From positions 1 through 39,792 of the forward strand of contig CASEJU010000074.1 of NCBI GenBank assembly GCA_949288335.1: a DNA stretch of 39,792 nucleotides, written 5' to 3'. Below the pieces are notes generated by a model. It was not told the DNA's origin, searched no databases, and worked only from the letters and a program-made list of their open reading frames with translations. The DNA comes from an uncultured bacterium. GTDB lineage: Bacteria; Bacillota_I; Bacilli_A; RF39; UBA660. Positions within the stretch are counted from its first letter, which is position 1. The number at the start of each line of letters is the position of its first letter. Position numbers and translations under genes: made by a program. Shown here in pieces: positions 19,988-28,849 of the stretch.

Positions 19988-21092
19988 GATATTCACCATC
20001 ATACACGATTAATGGAACTAACATCTCATCAATTGTTAATCCTGAATGAGCAGATTTATGCATATGTCCTTTCTTATCATACCTAATCGCCTTATTTCCT
20101 GTTCCTATGGCAAAATAATCTCCTAAAGCATCATAAAAATATTTGTTTTTTATTCCGTTACCATATAGTTTCTTTTTTATAACTTCATCTTTAGTCATTA
20201 GTATAAAATCATCTTTTAATATCCTTTTTATTTTTAAAGGAAAAATCTTTTTATATTCATCCTTAACCCTAAAGATAGCCACCCTTGAATCACCTGAAAA
20301 ATCGTTTTTTAACATGTTAATAATATCTGGATAATCGCTTAAAGTTATGTAATCAACGTTCAAATGCCCATGATCAGCTAACGCTATTACGGTGGTATCT
20401 TTCAAAGAAGTACAAATTTTTTTAAACTTTTTATCTAATTTCTTTAACATTTTAATGGATTTTTTATCATCACAACCATATTTATGAAAAGTATGATCTG
20501 GTTCATTACAGTAAAAATATATGTAATTTTTTAATCCGTTTTTTGTTATTTTTTTCACTTTTTTTATTTGTTTATTAAAAGATGGCCCCTTGGTTTGATA
20601 ATAAGTAACTTTACTTCCTAAGCAATTGTTTAATTTACTTATTTTATCAATTATTGGCTCATATTTTAAAAGTGTTCTTGCAATATTATAATTAGTTATT
20701 TTCTCTTTAGTTCCTTTAACATAATTTCTAGCTAGTGTAATTACCTTATCGAATTTTTTAAAATACATATCCCAGCCAAGCCAACCATGTTCTAAAGGGG
20801 TTAAACCAGATTCAATGGTTGTTCTAGAAGACATAGTCGTAGTTGGAAAGCAAGACGATACATTACCGATTAAATACTTATTTAAAAACGGGGTATACTT
20901 CTTGTTTCTTTTTAAAATATTATAACCTAAACCATCAAATAATATCAAAACGATGTTTTTATTTTTTCTTGTTTTTAAAATGGTATCTAGTTTACTTAAA
21001 GACCCATGCTTATGGTATATGTTAAAACTTTTTAAAATAGATGATGTAACGTTTACTAACCCATTATTATAATCAGGAAACAAAAATTTCAT
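19980..21092 (-). CDS. Alkaline-phosphatase-superfamily protein (type I phosphodiesterase / nucleotide pyrophosphatase-like)
   Basis: LILFDGLGYN, FPTTTMSSRTTIESGLTP (Thr nucleophile region), EPDHTFHKYG and ALADHGH are present. I chose the start at MKFLFPDY (21092) because AAAGGAG lies 5 nt upstream. Confidence 0.75.
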   Translation of the reverse strand: MKFLFPDYNNGLVNVTSSILKSFNIYHKHGSLSKLDTILKTRKNKNIVLILFDGLGYNILKRNKKYTPFLNKYLIGNVSSCFPTTTMSSRTTIESGLTPLEHGWLGWDMYFKKFDKVITLARNYVKGTKEKITNYNIARTLLKYEPIIDKISKLNNCLGSKVTYYQTKGPSFNKQIKKVKKITKNGLKNYIYFYCNEPDHTFHKYGCDDKKSIKMLKKLDKKFKKICTSLKDTTVIALADHGHLNVDYITLSDYPDIINMLKNDFSGDSRVAIFRVKDEYKKIFPLKIKRILKDDFILMTKDEVIKKKLYGNGIKNKYFYDALGDYFAIGTGNKAIRYDKKGHMHKSAHSGLTIDEMLVPLIVYDGEYHE

Positions 21093-21140
21093 AACGGCTC
21101 CTTTCATTTATTTACCACATTATATTTAAAAACTGAAGAT

Positions 21141-22196
21141 TTATTCTCCAGCTAATTTTCTTCTTTGATCTTCGGTTATTAAAGCATCTATTATATCATC
21201 TAATTTACCATTCATTACCCGGTCTAAATTATTAGTTGTATAACCAATTCTATGGTCAGTTACTCTGTTTTGCGGATAGTTATACGTTCTTATTTTTTCA
21301 GAGCGATCACCTGTTCCTATCTTGCTTCTTCTTTCAGCTCCAATTTCTTGTTCTTGCTGTCTCATCTTAAGGTCATACACCCGAGATTTTAAGATTTTTA
21401 TTGCCTTTTCTTTGTTTCTTATTTGGCTTCTTTCCGTTTGTGAATAAACTATTATACCAGTTGGAATATGAGTTAACCTTACGGCGCTATCGGTTGTGTT
21501 AACACCTTGACCCCCGTTACCTGATGCCCTTGTGATATCAACCCTTACATCGTTCATATCAAGCTCAAAATCAACGTCATCAACTTCTGGCATTACTAAA
21601 ACGGTAGCCGTTGAAGTATGTACACGCCCCTGCGATTCAGTCGCTGGTACCCGTTGAACACGGTGTGCCCCTGATTCGTATTTTAACTTGGAATATACGT
21701 TATCACCCTTAACCATAAAAGAGATTTCAGAAAATCCACCACTAGCACCTGGCGTACTTTCTAGGTCCTCAATTTTATAGCCCTGGTTTTCCGCGTACTT
21801 TACGTACATATTATAAAGATCCCCAGCAAAAATATTTGCTTCGTCTCCTCCTGCAGCACCTCTTATTTCAACGATTATATTTTTGTCATCATTAGGATCC
21901 TTTGGTAATAACAATATTTCTAACTTTTTTTCTAATTCTTTTTGTTTTTCTAAATTCTTTTGTTCTTCTTCCATCGCAAATTCTGCCATTTCAGGATCTT
22001 TTGATAATTCTTTAGCTTCCTCATAATCTTTTTTTGCTTTTAAATATTCATCATAACATTCTATTATTTCTGATAAACTTGATTGTTCTTTTGATAATTT
22101 AGTAGTTTTCGAAACATCACTTATAACGTCAGGTTTAGTTAACTCATTTGTTATAAAATCATTTCTTTTTTTTATCGCTTCTAATCTTTCAAACAT
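21141..22196 (-). CDS. prfA: Peptide chain release factor 1
   Basis: The GGQ motif (SGNGGQGVNTTDSAVR) and the RF1-type P-A-T tripeptide (RVPATESQGR) are both present. There is no internal frameshift. Confidence 0.97.
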   Translation of the reverse strand: MFERLEAIKKRNDFITNELTKPDVISDVSKTTKLSKEQSSLSEIIECYDEYLKAKKDYEEAKELSKDPEMAEFAMEEEQKNLEKQKELEKKLEILLLPKDPNDDKNIIVEIRGAAGGDEANIFAGDLYNMYVKYAENQGYKIEDLESTPGASGGFSEISFMVKGDNVYSKLKYESGAHRVQRVPATESQGRVHTSTATVLVMPEVDDVDFELDMNDVRVDITRASGNGGQGVNTTDSAVRLTHIPTGIIVYSQTERSQIRNKEKAIKILKSRVYDLKMRQQEQEIGAERRSKIGTGDRSEKIRTYNYPQNRVTDHRIGYTTNNLDRVMNGKLDDIIDALITEDQRRKLAGE

Positions 22197-22637
22197 CTAC
22201 TCATCCATCTCTTCTTCATTAACTACTACTAAATCCTCTAAATCATCCATATCTTCATCTTGATCATCAAAATCATCTATGTTATCAGCAATCGCTTCAT
22301 CCTCGGTTTCGTTTGTTTCTATTTCTTCACCTAAATCTTCTTCCTCATCTGATTCGTCTTCATCTTCATCATCAATTATTGTTTTTACACTATGAGCCTC
22401 TTTTAAATCCCATTCAGCAGAATCAAGAAGAATAAACCTTCTATCGGTTGTCAAATTAGTATAAAAATCCCCAATCATATCCATCATATCATCTTCGTTT
22501 ATTTTAAGTAATTTACAAACCTCGCCAAATAAAACTGGCGTTGTTTTTGGCTTTTTATCTAATTTTAACAATTCATAAGCGATGTCAGTATATGATAATA
22601 ATTCTAAGTCCTCTAAAGGCATTTGTCTTACGTTCAT
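22197..22637 (-). CDS. rpoE: DNA-directed RNA polymerase delta subunit
   Basis: An N-terminal HARE-HTH-like domain (LSYTDIAYELLK...FYTNLTTDRRF) is followed by a long D/E-rich C-terminal tail. This is the typical RpoE layout of low-GC Firmicutes. Confidence 0.85.
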   Translation of the reverse strand: MNVRQMPLEDLELLSYTDIAYELLKLDKKPKTTPVLFGEVCKLLKINEDDMMDMIGDFYTNLTTDRRFILLDSAEWDLKEAHSVKTIIDDEDEDESDEEEDLGEEIETNETEDEAIADNIDDFDDQDEDMDDLEDLVVVNEEEMDE

Positions 22638-22648
22638 TTTAATTCCTC

Positions 22649-24277
22649 CTACATTTTAGTTGGTGCTGTAACACCAATAAGCTCTAAAGCGTTTTTTATT
22701 GTTATTTGTACGGTTTTAACCAATCCCAATCTTTCTTGTGATGATGTTATATCATCAGTTAATATTCTATGTTTACCATAATAATTATGGAACAAACTTG
22801 CAAGTTCATACACATAATTAGTAATTAAGTGTGGTTCTTTTTTCAAAGCAGCCGATTCAACTACGTCATTAAATTCATAAACTTTAAGAAGCAGCGTTTT
22901 TTCATCAGTACCTTTTATATGTTCAATATTAGTATTTATACTTATGTTCTTTTGAGCCGCATCTTTTAATACAGAACATATCCTTGCGTGAGCGTACCCA
23001 ACATAGAAAAATGGGTTATCATTCGACTTTTTTACCGCCAAGTTTATATCAAAGTCCATTTGACCATCTAAACTTCTAGTGGCAAAAAAATATCTTGCAG
23101 AATCTTTACCTATTTCATCTATCAATTCATTAATTGTTATATTACCACCGGTTCTTTTACTCATTTTAACTATGTTCCCATCTCGAAGTAGTCTTACCAT
23201 TTGAAGGAGTCTGACTTCCAATTTGTCTTTATCGTAACCCAAAGCTTCAATACTTGCTTTAAGTCTTGAAACATAACTGTGATGATCCGCTCCAAACACA
23301 TCTATTAAATAATCATACCCACGGTCAAACTTATCTAAATGATAAGCAATGTCAGGAACCAAATAAGTATAACTTCCATCAGATTTTATTAATACACGGT
23401 CTTTATCATCCCCATAAACCGTTGTTTTAAGCCATTTTGCATCATCTTTTTCATATATTAAACCTTTTTCATTAAGTATTTTTAATGACTCTTCAATTCT
23501 TCCTTTAGCACGAATGGCCTTCTCACTTGTCCAAACGTCAAAGGTAACACCAAAAGATGATAAATCATTTTTTATTATATTAAGAAGATAATCCACCGCA
23601 ACTTCTTTAAAATATTCTAAATCCTCATTAAGTTTTGTATCATTATATTTTTGTTTTATACTTTTAGCAATATCAATTATTTCCGTACCATAATAACCAT
23701 CCTCTGGCATCTTTTCTTCTAGGCCACATAAACCTTTATATCTTTCTTTAACGGATAATCCAAGGTTATTTATTTGGTTACCGGCATCATTTATATAATA
23801 CTCTTTAGTAACGTTAAAGTTCGCAAATGACATTATGTTAGCAAGATTAGAACCATAAGCAGCACCACGCGCGGTACCTAAATGTAATATACCCGTTGGG
23901 TTAGCGCTAACAAACTCTATGTTTACTTTTTTATTTTTGCCAACGTTACATTTACCATAATCACCATCAAGTTCAATTACCTTTTTAACACCACTAAAAA
24001 CGTATTCATCATTTAAATAAATATTAATAAAACCAGGTCCAGCGATGTTTACTTTTTCTATTTTCTCATTATCACTAATAACATCCGCAATTTTAGAAGC
24101 TATACTTTTTGGATCTGTTTTAAGAATCTTTGTTAATTGCATAGCAATATTACTAGAAAAGTCCCCGTTATTTTTATCTTTTGGAACTTCCACTACTATA
24201 TTTTTTTTATCATAATCAATGGACAATTCATCTAAAGCGCTTGCAATAATATTTTTTATTAATTCTTTTATGTTCAT
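22649..24277 (-). CDS. argS: Arginine--tRNA ligase
   Basis: ANPTGILHLGTARG is the HIGH region and VKMSKRTG is the KMSKS region. The start at the ATG at 24277 forms an ATGA overlap with the DUF1934 stop. The track start is 24292. Confidence 0.95.
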   Translation of the reverse strand: MNIKELIKNIIASALDELSIDYDKKNIVVEVPKDKNNGDFSSNIAMQLTKILKTDPKSIASKIADVISDNEKIEKVNIAGPGFINIYLNDEYVFSGVKKVIELDGDYGKCNVGKNKKVNIEFVSANPTGILHLGTARGAAYGSNLANIMSFANFNVTKEYYINDAGNQINNLGLSVKERYKGLCGLEEKMPEDGYYGTEIIDIAKSIKQKYNDTKLNEDLEYFKEVAVDYLLNIIKNDLSSFGVTFDVWTSEKAIRAKGRIEESLKILNEKGLIYEKDDAKWLKTTVYGDDKDRVLIKSDGSYTYLVPDIAYHLDKFDRGYDYLIDVFGADHHSYVSRLKASIEALGYDKDKLEVRLLQMVRLLRDGNIVKMSKRTGGNITINELIDEIGKDSARYFFATRSLDGQMDFDINLAVKKSNDNPFFYVGYAHARICSVLKDAAQKNISINTNIEHIKGTDEKTLLLKVYEFNDVVESAALKKEPHLITNYVYELASLFHNYYGKHRILTDDITSSQERLGLVKTVQITIKNALELIGVTAPTKM

Positions 24278-24651
24278 TTTAAATCGCTCCATTCCAAATT
24301 AAAAGTGAAACTAGAACTAAACTCATCATTCATAAATAAATCATATTCCAATTTAATACTATTATCATTTATAATGAGTTTTTTTGTTTTTGTTTCTACT
24401 TTTACATTTAACCCCAAATCTTTAATTAGGTATTTATTAATCAAACATTTATTCTTTTCAAACTCTAAGTTTAGCATCATGTCTTTACTTTTTCTTGTAA
24501 TTGAAAGTCTATTTTGAAAAATAGTTATTTTAACCAAAACATCATTTAGCTTATAAGTTATTTCATTATCCTTATAAATTGCTTTTACATTTTCTATTAA
24601 CTCAGTTTCACCTTTGGAAAAAACTCCACCATTTATCATTATTTTAGACAT
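24274..24651 (-). CDS. DUF1934 (YwiB-like) beta-barrel protein
   Basis: 125 aa. It occupies the conserved position immediately upstream of argS, coupled by an ATGA overlap, as in many Firmicutes. The alternating pattern looks beta-rich. Confidence 0.7.
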   Translation of the reverse strand: MSKIMINGGVFSKGETELIENVKAIYKDNEITYKLNDVLVKITIFQNRLSITRKSKDMMLNLEFEKNKCLINKYLIKDLGLNVKVETKTKKLIINDNSIKLEYDLFMNDEFSSSFTFNLEWSDLK

Positions 24652-24680
24652 AAAAACACCCTTAAAATTTTTCTAGCAAC

Positions 24681-24709
24681 AATATAGCATATATAATAAA
24701 AAAGGTCAA
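24681..24709 (-). promoter_or_regulatory. Sigma-A promoter for DUF1934-argS
   Basis: TTGACC (24709-24704), a 17-nt spacer, then TATATT (24686-24681) on the minus strand. Confidence 0.65.
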
Positions 24710-24768
24710 CAAAATACTAATATTTTATGTATTTTTAGCAATACTAAAATTAGAAAGAAGGCGATTAA

Positions 24769-26742
24769 ATGAAACATGTAAAAATAATTTGTAAAACGCT
24801 AATCGCCTTAATGATTATATTTTGCACGTGTTACACCATACTCTTTTTATGTGCTAAATATGGCTCTAAAATAGACATAGAAAATTCAAATAGTATATAC
24901 ATGTATGATAAGAATGGAAAAAGCTTCTACGAAGGCAACAACGGTACTAAAAAATGGATAAAACTAAAAGACATATCAAAGAATTTAATAAATGCAACAA
25001 TATATTCGGAAGATAAAAATTTTTATGAACATAACGGTTTTGACATACCAAGAATAATAAAATCTACCTTAATTAACATCAAATCAAAAGATTTAAAACA
25101 AGGAGCATCAACGATAACCCAGCAATACGCAAGAAATTTATTTCTAACGTTTGATAAGACATGGGAACGAAAAATAAAAGAAGCTTGGTATGCATTTAAA
25201 CTAGAAACCCAGTACTCCAAAGATGAAATACTAGAAGGATATTTAAATACCATAAATTATGGAAATGGAATATTAGGAATTGAAAACGCAGCAGAATATT
25301 ATTTTAACAAATCCGCTAAAGACTTAAGTTTAGCTGAAAGCACAATGCTGGCTGGAATACCAAAATCACCAGATAATTACTCGCCATTAAACGATGAGGC
25401 AGCTGCTAAAAAAAGACAAAAAGAAATATTAAAATCTTTGGTTAATAACGGAATAATATCTGAAAAAACAATGGAAGATACCATAAATGTAAAATTATCT
25501 TACTATGGAAAAAAAGAGAACTTAAACTTATCTACTTTAATGTATTATCAAGACGCGGTTATAAGAGAATTACAGGACCTTAAAATAGTAAGTGAAGATT
25601 CTATTAAACAAGAGGGACTAAAAATATACACAAACCTTGATATAGAAGCACAAACATCACTAGAAGACGCAATAAAAAACAACCTAGAAAATAAAGATAA
25701 AATGCAAACAGCAGCGGTAATGATTAATCCTAATAACGGAGCGATAATTGCCCTTGCCGGTGGTAAAGACTACTCTAAATCACAATATAACAGGGCCGTG
25801 CAATCAAAAAGACAAGTAGGCTCTACCATGAAACCTATATTATATTATGCTGCATTAGAAAATGGCCTTACGGCGTCTACCACTTTCTTAAGTAAACCAA
25901 CTACCTTTTCTTTAGGAAATAATCTTACCTACTCACCTAGTAATTACGGAGATATATATCCTAATGATAAAATCACCATGGCTCTTGCAATCGCTTATTC
26001 TGATAATATATACGCCATTAAAACGCATCTTTTTTTAGGAGAAGATACCATGATAAAATACGCAAAAAAAATGGGTATAACAAGTAAATTAGAGGCAAAT
26101 GCATCACTGCCACTTGGAACCAATGAATTGTCTGTTACCGAATTTACTGGAGCCTACGCAAGTTTAGCAAACTCCGGGAGTAGTGTTAAAGCGCACCTAA
26201 TAAATAAGGTAGAAGATGGCAATGGTGATATCTTGTATAAATTTAAAGACAACAAAAAGAAAGTATTAAATAAATCATATACCTATATACTAAGTGAGCT
26301 TCTGGCTAACACATATGATACATCTTTAATAAGCTACACCTCACCTACTTGTGCATCAATAAATCCTAAATTAACCAAAAAATACGCCGTTAAAAGTGGA
26401 ACAACTGATTATGATTTATGGACCGTCGGATACAATCCAGACGTTGTGGTAGGTGTATGGACTGGATATGATGACAATAGAAAGCTATCAAACAGCGAAT
26501 ATAAATATTCAAAAAACATATGGGCTGATACCATAGAAGGATACTTAAGAGGCAAAGATGCATCCTGGTATGAAAAGCCTGATAACGTAGTAGGAGTATT
26601 AACGGATGTGCAAACAGGAGAAGTTGCAACAAATGATTCTAAACTAAAAAAGATACTATATTATATAAAGGGAACGGAGCCCGGTTATAAAAGCAAAACA
26701 ACTAAAAAGAATGCTACAACCAAAAAAACGACTAGCGATTAG
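24769..26742 (+). CDS. Class A penicillin-binding protein (GT51 transglycosylase + transpeptidase)
   Basis: An N-terminal TM segment is followed by EDKNFYEHNGFD and GASTITQQYARN (GT51 motifs). STMKP (SxxK), YSDN (SxN) and KSGTT (KTG-like) follow. Confidence 0.93.
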   Translation: MKHVKIICKTLIALMIIFCTCYTILFLCAKYGSKIDIENSNSIYMYDKNGKSFYEGNNGTKKWIKLKDISKNLINATIYSEDKNFYEHNGFDIPRIIKSTLINIKSKDLKQGASTITQQYARNLFLTFDKTWERKIKEAWYAFKLETQYSKDEILEGYLNTINYGNGILGIENAAEYYFNKSAKDLSLAESTMLAGIPKSPDNYSPLNDEAAAKKRQKEILKSLVNNGIISEKTMEDTINVKLSYYGKKENLNLSTLMYYQDAVIRELQDLKIVSEDSIKQEGLKIYTNLDIEAQTSLEDAIKNNLENKDKMQTAAVMINPNNGAIIALAGGKDYSKSQYNRAVQSKRQVGSTMKPILYYAALENGLTASTTFLSKPTTFSLGNNLTYSPSNYGDIYPNDKITMALAIAYSDNIYAIKTHLFLGEDTMIKYAKKMGITSKLEANASLPLGTNELSVTEFTGAYASLANSGSSVKAHLINKVEDGNGDILYKFKDNKKKVLNKSYTYILSELLANTYDTSLISYTSPTCASINPKLTKKYAVKSGTTDYDLWTVGYNPDVVVGVWTGYDDNRKLSNSEYKYSKNIWADTIEGYLRGKDASWYEKPDNVVGVLTDVQTGEVATNDSKLKKILYYIKGTEPGYKSKTTKKNATTKKTTSD

Positions 26743-26749
26743 TCGTTTT
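26722..26749. repeat. Direct repeat copy 1 / terminator hairpin (contains the pbp stop codon)
   Basis: aaaaaaaCGACTAgcgaTTAGTCGtttt forms the hairpin ACGACTA/TAGTCGT. It is 26/28 identical to 28850-28877. On the minus strand it is followed by U7, so it also terminates the HEPN gene. Confidence 0.85.
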
Positions 26750-26773
26750 AAAAATATTTACATATTAATTATA

Positions 26774-28774
26774 TTATTTATTTATTTTTTTAAAATGTTG
26801 ATTATTATTTAATAGTGATTCCAAAAATTCATAATTATTTAATACTTCAATTAAATCTCCAAATGAAATCAAAGTGCTAAATTTTGAATTTTCATCATAA
26901 TTATCAGTTATTTTTAAATTGGTTTCGGCAATATCATTAAGTTTAGAAATCTCAATACGAAGCTTACCGTGAGCTAAACAATTTCTTATTTTGTTAAATA
27001 TATCCATATTCACATTATTATAGTCATATTTATTAGCTGTACCATTCAATATTTCTGAAACACATAATATTTGTTTTTTTAATTTAATTAATTGATTTTC
27101 TTTCTTACTTATATTATATTCTATATTTTTAAAACTTTTATCAGGTATTAAAAATTTTGATGCAGCTATTTTTAATAATAAAATATAATCTGAGCGATAA
27201 TTACTTATTTCTTTGTTCATCATATAAAATAACTCTTTTTTTTCATTTAAATAATCTTCATAAACTTGTTTAGGAAATCTTACAGTTTCCACTTTTATTG
27301 TAAATTTATTTTGATTATAACAAAATAATAATAAATTGTTTATCAATGACAGCATTATAAGCTCCATTTTTGATTTATAGTTTATATAATCTGATGCGTG
27401 CTCAACTAATCCACTATTTGAAATATTATTAATATTGATTATTTTTTGTAACGTTTTCTGCAAATAATAATCCTTATTATATTTCTTAAATATTAAATTA
27501 TTAATTACTTCTATTTGCGATCCTCTACTCAATTTATAAAAATAATCGGAATTCATTTCATCAATACTGTTTATAATATATTGAATATCTTCTTCCGTCA
27601 ATCTTTTAGAATCTAATTCATCAACACACAAATGTCTTTTCAATGAATTATTGCTTAATACCTGGCTCTTTCCCAGTTTTTTAATACTGTTAAAAAAATA
27701 TATGTCTAATCCTAAATCGTTATCCATTATCTTCTGTTCTTCTGGAGACTTAAAAATTTTTAATTTTATATTATCAACACCAATTAATTCAATACCATTT
27801 AAATAGTTAATAAGTGACTCTTTTGTAAATGGAGTTCTATTAAAGACTGAATCGTTATCTAATATCACTGGCAAAGCACCTTCCAAGAAATAATAGTTAT
27901 ATAAATGATTAAATAAAGACATAAGATGAATTTTCTTAATAGTAAAATTCATTCTATTTTTACCTTCATTGTAGAATTCAACGTTACCATTTTCCAAAAC
28001 TTTATAATTAGAGTGTGCTATGCAATTTCTTATCATTCTAATTATTTTTTTATAATCAATATTACCATTAGTAAGAATAGCATTGTTTGATTCATTAAGT
28101 TCATCAATTCCAAAATCAAATATTAAGACAAATTTCATTAAATCTATTATATTTTGAGGAATAAAATCTAATTTATTATCTAACATTAGCAATTGTGTTG
28201 ATAAGAATATCATATCCAAGTTATTATCCATATTATTATAAATATCATTGAGCATAAAACTCTTCTGTATTAATTTATTCAATACAAACTTATCATTTTG
28301 AGAAATAGTCATATTATTTAATAAAATTAATAAAGTTTTAACATTTGTACTAGCATATTCCAACATAGTATTATTTGATTTTAAGGATTCTATTCTAATT
28401 TCACTTAAATCACCTAGTTTATCATTTAGTTGATACTCTTTATAAAAAATATTATAAGTTGAAACTTCGCTATAAATATCAATATCAAAAACATTTCCAT
28501 CATCAATTATAGTTAGTATAAAACTATTTGTTGCATTAACACCATATTTCTTCATTTTATCAATACTGTATAAGTCATTCAATTCTATATTGTCTAAAAA
28601 AGTAGATACATTTATACCATTGATTTTAGACACTTCTAGCAATTTTCTATTTTCTTCCTTTAATAAAAAATTAAATGCATATAATTTATCATTTATTATC
28701 TTAAATTTTAGGCCTAGGCGATCTTTATTATTAAATATATTTATAATACTATCAAATCTATATATATCTAACAC
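26774..28774 (-). CDS. Orphan tandem-HEPN protein (two RNCxAH motifs), putative RNase / defence effector
   Basis: 666 aa, with a GTG start 7 nt after AGGAGG. AGA AAT TGC ATA GCA CAC (28030-28013) encodes R249-N-C-I-A-H254. AGA AAT TGT TTA GCT CAC (26986-26969) encodes R597-N-C-L-A-H602. Each motif is followed 44-50 aa later by NY[YE]FLE. The rest of the protein matched nothing I recognise. Confidence 0.7.
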   Translation of the reverse strand: MLDIYRFDSIINIFNNKDRLGLKFKIINDKLYAFNFLLKEENRKLLEVSKINGINVSTFLDNIELNDLYSIDKMKKYGVNATNSFILTIIDDGNVFDIDIYSEVSTYNIFYKEYQLNDKLGDLSEIRIESLKSNNTMLEYASTNVKTLLILLNNMTISQNDKFVLNKLIQKSFMLNDIYNNMDNNLDMIFLSTQLLMLDNKLDFIPQNIIDLMKFVLIFDFGIDELNESNNAILTNGNIDYKKIIRMIRNCIAHSNYKVLENGNVEFYNEGKNRMNFTIKKIHLMSLFNHLYNYYFLEGALPVILDNDSVFNRTPFTKESLINYLNGIELIGVDNIKLKIFKSPEEQKIMDNDLGLDIYFFNSIKKLGKSQVLSNNSLKRHLCVDELDSKRLTEEDIQYIINSIDEMNSDYFYKLSRGSQIEVINNLIFKKYNKDYYLQKTLQKIININNISNSGLVEHASDYINYKSKMELIMLSLINNLLLFCYNQNKFTIKVETVRFPKQVYEDYLNEKKELFYMMNKEISNYRSDYILLLKIAASKFLIPDKSFKNIEYNISKKENQLIKLKKQILCVSEILNGTANKYDYNNVNMDIFNKIRNCLAHGKLRIEISKLNDIAETNLKITDNYDENSKFSTLISFGDLIEVLNNYEFLESLLNNNQHFKKINK

Positions 28775-28796
28775 AAATTCACCTCCTATTAATTAG

Positions 28797-28802
28797 ATTA
28801 TA
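28797..28802 (-). promoter_or_regulatory. -10 box (TATAAT) upstream of the tandem-HEPN gene
   Basis: The minus strand reads aaatatagTATAATctaattaatAGGAGGtgaatttGTG. No convincing -35 was seen (TAGTAA at 17-nt spacing). Confidence 0.45.
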
Positions 28803-28849
28803 CTATATTTTTTACCAATTTACTACACGGCCTATATTTTAAACGTATT

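Noticed and set aside
21141-22196. Programmed +1 frameshift of a release-factor gene
   Set aside because: The gene is prfA (P-A-T tripeptide), not prfB, and it is a single uninterrupted ORF.
24652-24768. T-box leader upstream of argS
   Set aside because: The intergenic region is only 117 nt, and it also holds the divergent pbp promoter. The TTGACC/TATATT promoter leaves a short leader before DUF1934, which is too little room for a T-box of about 200 nt. No specifier or T-box motif was seen.
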